Assembly (NCBI RefSeq): GCF_006345805.1
Contig: NW_021827423.1
Location: 1-12,347 of the forward strand
DNA: 12,347 bases
From: Octopus sinensis
Lineage: Eukaryota
Direction: 5' to 3'
The translations under genes were made by a program, and so were the position numbers. How positions within the stretch are numbered: the first letter of the stretch is position 1; each line of letters starts with the position of its first letter. The notes under the pieces are model-generated. The model was not told the DNA's origin, made no database searches, and saw nothing but the letters and a program-made list of their open reading frames with translations. Of the stretch, positions 9,281 to 12,347 are shown piece by piece.

Positions 9281-9445
9281 ATACACGACAGGCTTCTTTA
9301 AGTTTCCTTCTACAAAATCCACTCATATTTTAGTCGGCCCGTGGCTCTAGCAGAAGACACTTGCCTAAGGAGCCACGCAGTGAGACTGAACCCAGATCTA
9401 TGTGGTTGAAAAGCAAGCTTCATACTACACAACCACTCCTGGGCC
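9281..9445 (-). mobile_element. SINE family B 5' half, inverted
   Basis: Minus strand GGCCCAGGAGTGGTTGTGTAGTA...GGGTTCAGTCTCAC...GGCAAGTGTCTTCTGCTAGAGC...AAAGAAGCCTGTCGT matches 8809-8968. Confidence 0.9.
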
Positions 9446-9498
9446 TAGTATATGTACAGTGTGCGTAAGGTACTTGAGGGCACGTGCTGCCCGAACAC

Positions 9499-9503
9499 GA
9501 ATA

Positions 9504-9539
<36 letters not shown>

Positions 9540-9771
9540 TTGATGCTAACGATGATGATATTATGAAAATAAATATGATAATAAAATAAACAACTATATA
9601 ATTAATAATAATACATAATATATATATATATATATATTATAGACATAGATATATATATATAATATGTATATATATATATCTATATATATTATTATATATA
9701 TATATATATATATAATATGCATATACATGCACATATTTTTATATAGATCTATATATATAGAGAGGAGAGAG

Positions 9772-9802
<31 letters not shown>

Positions 9803-9851
9803 GAAATATTAGAAACACACACACACCCACACACACACACACACACACACA
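9499..9851. repeat. compound microsatellite (GAT)n, (TA)n, (GA)n, (CA)n
   Basis: Directly visible. Confidence 0.9.
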
Positions 9852-10279
9852 TAGCGAACAACTACGCGTTATTTCGCGTGCGGAGCCAAGGTGGAGATCA
9901 AATTGCCATTTCGTGCAAACGAAGGGCGAACGTAATTCGAGAATGAAAATAACTTAAAGATGGCCGCTATTTATTTGCAATAAAACACAGCGAAAAAGGA
10001 AAAAAAAAACAAAAAAAAGATGACGGCACAGTGTAACAGAATCGTTTGCAGAATATCAACAATGGTTAAAGAGGACAAGGCAGGATTAATAGGCTTAGCA
10101 CCACCGACAACAACATTTATCCTCGTCGTGGTGGTCGTCGTTAAGCGTGGATCGGCTCGTCGTTATCGTTGTCGTCGCCATTGCCATCTCGTTTTCTTCG
10201 GGTGCCGCCATGATTTTTCTCTGCCGCTCGTCATCGTCGTCTTTCGATATCGTGATAGTCTTTTTTCCGATTAGTATCT

Positions 10280-10872
10280 TCCATCCTCCTCCTCCTCCTC
10301 CTCCTCCTCCTCCTTCCCCCTCCCCTCCTCCACCTCCACCTCGTTTTCCTTCTCCTTTTTATTATTTATCTCTTCCTCCTCCCTCCTCCTTACACCCTCC
10401 CCTTCCCCTCCCCATCCACCTCGCCCTCCTTCTCCTCCACCTCCTTTTCTGCCTCCTTTTTTCTTATTTATCTCTTACTCTTCCTTCTACTCATCGTTAT
10501 CACCAACCACATCACCATCTTTAAGATCATGAGTGACATCATCAGTATTATCATCAGTATCATCATCATCAACGGCATCCTCACCATCATCGTCATCATC
10601 ATCATCATCGTCATCATCATCGTCATCATCATCATCATCATCCTCATCATCGTCATCATCATCATCACCATCATCATTATCGTCAACATCATCATCATCG
10701 TCATCATCATCATCATCATCATCACATCATCATCACTATCATCGCCATTATTACCATCAGCATCATCAACAACGTCCTCTTCCTCTTTATCGTCATCATC
10801 ACCCTCATCATCATCATCACCATCACCACCATCATCATCATCATCATCATCACCATCATTATCATCATCATC

Positions 10873-10925
<53 letters not shown>

Positions 10926-10980
10926 CATCACCACCAACTCCGCTCTCATCATCATCCCCTTTTTCGCCATCGCCATCTTC
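10280..10980. repeat. (CCT)n polypyrimidine tract followed by a long (CAT)n microsatellite
   Basis: Directly visible. Confidence 0.95.
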
Positions 10981-11156
10981 AGAAAATATTGAAACACCGT
11001 ATAAAAGTCGAGATCAAACAACGATTAGAAACCTTGGTTTTAAAAGTCGCAAAGATCCCGCTTTACACAGGCGGAATAACGATTTTTAAAAACCCTTAAT
11101 TTCTTGACAGGTGTTTCACAAGGATCCCTTCTAACACCTCTTTTCAATGTATACAC

Positions 11157-11183
11157 ACGAGGTGGTATTAAAACGTTCCCGGA
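11157..11183 (+). mobile_element. possible orphan mariner-type terminal inverted repeat
   Basis: ACGAGGTGGTATTAAAACGTTCCCGG resembles the MITE TIR at 11832/12039 (ACGAAGGGGTGC.GAAA..TTCCTGG). No partner end seen. Confidence 0.4.
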
Positions 11184-11305
11184 GTAATTATGTTTAATAA
11201 GAAAAAAAATACTTCCAGTTCAATATATTTAAGAGATGAGGAATTATGTACATTATTTACATTATTTACGTTCGATGGATATTTGTCCTCATCTTGTTTG
11301 TTGTT

Positions 11306-11351
11306 AACATAACGTTTCGGCTGATGTACCCTCCAGTCTTCATCAGGTGTC
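11306..11351 (-). ncRNA. minimal type I hammerhead ribozyme, probably in a Penelope-like terminal-repeat remnant (about 11215-11365)
   Basis: Minus strand GACAC | CUGAUGA | extra A | GACUG-(10 nt)-CAGCC | GAAA | CGUU | AUGUU. The catalytic core is intact, stem III is the ACGU palindrome, and stems I and II each carry one mismatch. Confidence 0.8.
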
Positions 11352-11386
11352 TTGGGGAAACTTGCCCACGAGCATATGGCGTATTA

Positions 11387-11436
11387 AGATAGATATATAG
11401 ATAGATAGAGAGATAGATAGAGAGAGAGATAGATAA

Positions 11437-11524
<88 letters not shown>

Positions 11525-11542
11525 TAGGTAGATTGATAGATA
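11387..11542. repeat. (GATA)n tetranucleotide microsatellite
   Basis: Directly visible. Confidence 0.95.
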
Positions 11543-11800
11543 ACTTTTTATTATGGTCACACAGGGCTAAACACAGAATAAAAATGGCCGAAAAACAATG
11601 TAGAGTTTTTTTCTTTTCGAGGTGGGATGGGTGGGACACACACACACAAAAAAAAACGTTCGATCAATAGGGATCCGTGGGTTGTGTGGTGTATAAAAAT
11701 ATAATATTATATATATAAATAAAGTTTACAGTTTAGGTGTACCCCTGGAAAGAAAAACCTACAAAAAAGACCAAGGTCACCTCAGACAGTTCGAAAATGA
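11543..11800 (-). mobile_element. possible LINE 3' UTR remnant
   Basis: Minus-strand AATAAA (+ 11547-11552) is followed closely by (TCTA)n as a tail, and the minus strand is T-rich. No coding motif seen; the far boundary is approximate. Confidence 0.35.
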
Positions 11801-11831
11801 ACACATGAGTAAGTCACCTTACCTCTCGTTA

Positions 11832-12039
11832 GGAGAGGGTGCTGAAATGTTCCTGGCTTTAAAGGTATCGCGAAAGGCCTGGTTGAAAACCTAAACTTCC
11901 GGGATATTTTTCAGGGCTTAGAAAAACTGAAGGAACACTGTGAATCTGAGAAGGGAATATGTTGAATGAAATCATAATTAACTGATCCGCTTTTATTTTA
12001 TTTTCTACCCAAAGCCAGGAAGCTTTCCGCACCCCTTCG
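11832..12039 (+). mobile_element. 208-bp mariner-derived non-autonomous element (MITE) with TA target-site duplication
   Basis: TIRs at 11832-11860 and 12011-12039 (25/31 match including TA); TA at 11830-31 and 12040-41. Internal broken frames KAWLKT / QGLEKLKEHC / VNLRREYVE* resemble the mariner transposase C-terminus (WL...GIxKL...GxYVE*). Confidence 0.85.
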
Positions 12040-12100
12040 TATATAAGGGTATGGGTGTCGGTTTTTCATGGCATGACAAATCGATGTCTTCCTCAACACA

Positions 12101-12146
12101 ATCATCATCATCATCATCATCTTCATCATCATCATCATCATCACCG

Positions 12147-12178
<32 letters not shown>

Positions 12179-12347
12179 TTTTATCATCATCATCATCATC
12201 ATCATCATCATCGTCGTCATCATCATCATCTCATCATCATCATCATCATCATCATCAATCGTCATCATCATCATCGTCATCATCATCGTCATCATCATCA
12301 TCATCATCATCATATCATCATCATCATCGTCATCATCATCATCATCA
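12101..12347. repeat. (CAT)n microsatellite running off the window end
   Basis: Directly visible. Confidence 0.95.

Noticed and set aside
10468-11099. poly-S/H/D/M ORFs
   Set aside because: Translations of (CAT)n; the unique C-terminal tails show no recognisable domain.

Overview
Eukaryotic, microsatellite-saturated, mostly non-coding DNA. The interspersed repeat families look like those I recall from Octopus/coleoid cephalopod genomes (inference, not database-verified). Nearly all listed ORFs are translations of (TA)n, (GT)n, (GA)n, (GAT)n, (AAT)n or (GGT)n tracts. Real structure: two tRNA-derived SINE families, each with an inverted fold-back pair; a 5'-truncated RLE-type (Dong/R4-like) LINE end inside an (AAT)n tract; a 208-bp mariner-derived MITE with TA target sites; a 22 x 15-bp minisatellite; two local tandem duplications; and a perfect 22-bp-arm palindrome. 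Two minimal type I hammerhead-ribozyme folds of the Penelope-associated kind occur in unrelated repeats (11306-11351 on -, 8374-8409 on +). One candidate signal-peptide coding exon (5157-5278, +) is not in the ORF track. No complete gene, tRNA/rRNA gene or CRISPR array is supported.
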